A DNA stretch of 60,599 bases, the filler included. It is 9 parts of 9 records of this genome, joined end to end, with 100 filler letters (N's around TTAATTAATTAA, not from the genome) between each part and the next. Parts side by side here need not be neighbours in the genome. Positions count along the whole stretch, not along the records: positions 55,018 to 60,599 come from SRR31156797_32618; 8 more parts are not named here. One strand, given 5' to 3'. This document shows, in pieces, positions 59,001 to 60,599 of the stretch. The first letter of the stretch is position 1; every line of letters starts with the position of its first letter. Under the pieces are notes generated by a model. The model did not search any database. It saw only the letters and a list, made by a program, of their open reading frames with translations, and had not been told where the DNA came from. The position numbers and the translations under genes were made by a program.

Positions 59001-60127
59001 AAAGAGGTCGGGTCACTATCAAATGTTTCCCCAAGAAAGAGAGCTTAATTCTTTGCGTTGAAGATGATGGTGTCGGTGTACCGAAAGAAGCAGAAGAGCA
59101 CATCTTTGATTGGTTTTGGCGTGCAACCTCAAATCCAGAGATAGAGGGGTGGGGTATCGGATTAGCTTTCATTAAAGACGAAATAGAGGCTGTTGGAGGT
59201 AAAATAGAATTAATCAAGGATGGGTTGCAAGGTGCAAAATTTGCGGCGACTTTTCCTTTGCTGCCAATCACAGAAAACAAGATACCTGTACTTGATGAAC
59301 AATTTCCAGGAAATATTCTTGATGGTGAGCATCCTGTATTTTCAAAGCTGGATAAAAATCATTCCATACTCATAATAGAAGATGATACTGATCTACGTTC
59401 CCACCTGGCAACCCTGTTTCCTTCCAATTGGAAGAAATTGACTGCTCCCGATGCTGAGAGCGGTATTGTTATAGCAATGAAGGAAGTGCCAGACATCATT
59501 ATAACGGACTTGATGTTGCCAGGTGAGTCTGGTTTTGATGTTACCAAAAAGTTGAAAGAGAATTCTAAAACACACCATATACCTATTATTATATTAACCG
59601 CCTTAGACAGTGAAAAGAATAGGTTAACCGGTTTAGGTTTATCTGCTGATTCATTTCTCGGGAAACCGTTTGGTAACAAGGAACTATTATTACGTGTGAG
59701 TGGATTACTCTTAAACAGAGAGAAAATGTTGGCCCGGGCAAAACAGATAATTCTTCATACCCCACATCCTCCGACTGATGCGGGCAAACAGTCTTCACAG
59801 AACCCTGAAAGTGATTTTTTAGCAAAACTTCATGAACAACTCGGTCAAGATCAGGAAATATCATTAATGTCATTAGATGTAGCCGCAAGTAAAATGGCGA
59901 TGTCAAAACGGTCTTTACAGAGAGAAATGGAACGAGTTGGCATAAGCTGGAGTGAGTATAAACGTTTTTGCAGAATAAGATTTGCCATGGACCTTCTTCT
60001 TGATAAGGAGAGACAAATAGGAGATGTTGCAGAATTGACTGGCTACTCTTCTATGCCACATTTCTCTAAAGTTTTTAAAGAGGTAACCGGACAATCTCCA
60101 TCAGAATGGCGTAACACCCATGCATAG
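56015..60127 (+). CDS. Hybrid two-component sensor: beta-propeller + Y_Y_Y + TM + HisKA/HATPase + receiver + AraC HTH
   Basis: Repeated D..G.(I/L/V)W(I/V/L)GT..GL blades; L..G.Y.F.IRA; AHELRTPL; NLLSNAYKF; DLMLPGESG; VAELTGYSS..HFSKVFK...G.SP. Confidence 0.95.
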   Translation: MISRLIIFFIFFSVSHVSAALPPLAFHSVSSLNGLPQNSGRALLQDANGFIWIGTEDGLVRFDGESMLSFRKNHDNQFSLSDNYIGSLAEDALGKVWVGTMGGGLNVIDKQREKVIRIKMLASSDIRDLDYCNLTKRLFAATGEGLYVINTDAVQLKHPLDTLASPIDLPIEQVPILLPNGLPFTGTVSGVAADGDDLWICTRNSGVLRFNYKQGQTFWFSKGDQGLEDDTFNTIIRDRDGEIWLGSQNRGLVKVVQNGSKIHFTHYHTSNSTILANDVMAVTDADDGKLWVGTWNGGLALFEKNSGAINFYTYQQDDQFSLPSNIILDIVQTKNGQIWLGTFDKGVSWFNPDSPFHTYRKNPLAANGLQSNIIWSFAAQRNEALWVGTNKGLSKLDTTSNQYIPLDDLTPNDLWGKIRKDDIRALHINEKFLWIAARKQGVCRLSLNAKNLTPLTKIAGPTQKLTHPYIRLIYQGSKTALWLGASKGLNRLDLATGEIRNYIADKEDRLALPHYRVRALFEDSSGQMWVGTSYGLLLLDPDGNPFSVFKPDEKGENGLHLAGNGIRGISEDDLGRLWFATEGGVSIYDPINKETVILREKNGLPSNATYCALWDDGYMWVATLNGLARIDADTLQIETYTTDDGLPDNEFNFNAWHKFPDKRLALGTLSGFTIFRPDMIPGPENPESSPPLYLKPYKYENEARLPIELKEQEVINLDWESSKISFAFGALNYQKPNSVIYEFKLAGVSDMWTKADNPRFITFNGLSAGNYNFTIRAKDKHGLWAIESKPVKFTVSQVPWKTAPAYFGYLLVLCSVLMICFLLYNRGVRKHSHYLEQLIATRTRELQTSNNCLRKQHLKLDQLLISRERLFRAVAHELRTPLAVIVSSLESLIEEEGNSKHILRLIHNRASKIGNLINNLLALTNKKGDLKSVARPFLVKPALEEATFSFKPQNTPQARVLQEIIDINRECLSMNRETFIMIVSNLLSNAYKFTDERGRVTIKCFPKKESLILCVEDDGVGVPKEAEEHIFDWFWRATSNPEIEGWGIGLAFIKDEIEAVGGKIELIKDGLQGAKFAATFPLLPITENKIPVLDEQFPGNILDGEHPVFSKLDKNHSILIIEDDTDLRSHLATLFPSNWKKLTAPDAESGIVIAMKEVPDIIITDLMLPGESGFDVTKKLKENSKTHHIPIIILTALDSEKNRLTGLGLSADSFLGKPFGNKELLLRVSGLLLNREKMLARAKQIILHTPHPPTDAGKQSSQNPESDFLAKLHEQLGQDQEISLMSLDVAASKMAMSKRSLQREMERVGISWSEYKRFCRIRFAMDLLLDKERQIGDVAELTGYSSMPHFSKVFKEVTGQSPSEWRNTHA

Positions 60128-60253
60128 ATGGTTTAGCCTCCCTTTGACCTGACAGTTCTGTGAGGTGCAGCGAGTTACAAGGTTAATCTGCTAAGTTCGC
60201 AGACAGCATTGGCCTTATCGGGAAGTCTAATTTATTTTAATAAACAGGTATTC

Positions 60254-60599
60254 CTATTTTGTTTGTTTTGGGTCAATAAATATTCCTGGATTAGTCATCT
60301 TTAGTTGCCCGATAACAGCCCTTGGTATTCCTCTAGCTTTATACAAGGTTTTCACTTGTGAAAGTTGCTTAATGATATCCGAATCCCAAGTTGTTTTTTC
60401 TAAGTTTGCATAAGCAAAATTAGCATTGAGGAGGTTAGCTTCACTGAGATTAGATTTATTCAGATTTGCTTTGTATAAATCAGCATTTTCAAGATTTGCC
60501 AGGGTAAGATTTGCTTCAATTATTTCTGCAGAGTCTAGCTCTGCTCCTTTTAAGTTTGCTCTAACTAGATTAGCTGTCAGGTCCTGAGAGATTGTAAAC
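60254..60599 (-). CDS. Pentapeptide-repeat protein, C-terminal part (not in the ORF track)
   Basis: The minus strand reads ANLVR ANLKG AELDS AEIIE ANLTL ANLEN ADLYK ANLNK SNLSE ANLLN ANFAY ANLEK...KQTK*. Confidence 0.88.
   Translation of the reverse strand, partial: FTISQDLTANLVRANLKGAELDSAEIIEANLTLANLENADLYKANLNKSNLSEANLLNANFAYANLEKTTWDSDIIKQLSQVKTLYKARGIPRAVIGQLKMTNPGIFIDPKQTK

Overview
This window is not one locus. It is nine unrelated contigs joined by eight identical 100-nt synthetic spacers (44 N + TTAATTAATTAA + 44 N), so only within-contig adjacency means anything. Taxonomic hints below are inferred from gene content and protein style only. (1) 1-7540, spirochaete-like: tRNA-Gly 3' end, tig-clpP-clpX-lon, a secreted hypothetical protein and a DHH/DHHA1 phosphoesterase. 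(2) 7641-14042: tripartite RND efflux operon. (3) 14143-22868: tightly coupled nine-gene biosynthetic cluster (B12/radical-SAM-like, HpcH-type aldolase, GT-B protein, methyltransferase, GNAT-like protein, ACP, adenylating ligase, a motif-divergent D-cysteine desulfhydrase/ACC deaminase-family PLP enzyme, and a CapK/PaaK-like ligase). This is the best candidate for an undescribed pathway. (4) 22969-29388, Desulfobacterota-like: RHH-like protein plus methyltransferase, and a polar amino-acid ABC transporter, ornithine-type racemase and rocD. (5) 29489-34916, Desulfobacterota-like: PAS kinase, MocA-HD fusion, histidine phosphatase and an MCP fragment. (6) 35017-42151, alphaproteobacterial-like: tRNA-Ser 3' end, uronate dehydrogenase-like SDR, lipase-type hydrolase under a double operator, trifunctional Aas and a divergent IlvD/Edd dehydratase. 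(7) 42252-47701, planctomycete-like: lepA, REP elements, purC and hypotheticals. (8) 47802-54917, spirochaete-like: TRAP transporter with an embedded Zn-dehydrogenase, two promoters with the same operator layout, an AIM24 triplet and a nucleoside hydrolase fragment. (9) 55018-60599, AT-richer: single-domain response regulator, a 1370-aa hybrid two-component sensor-AraC protein and a pentapeptide-repeat fragment. I saw no CRISPR array, rRNA, transposase or phage genes. All calls come from reading motifs by eye; no database searches were run.
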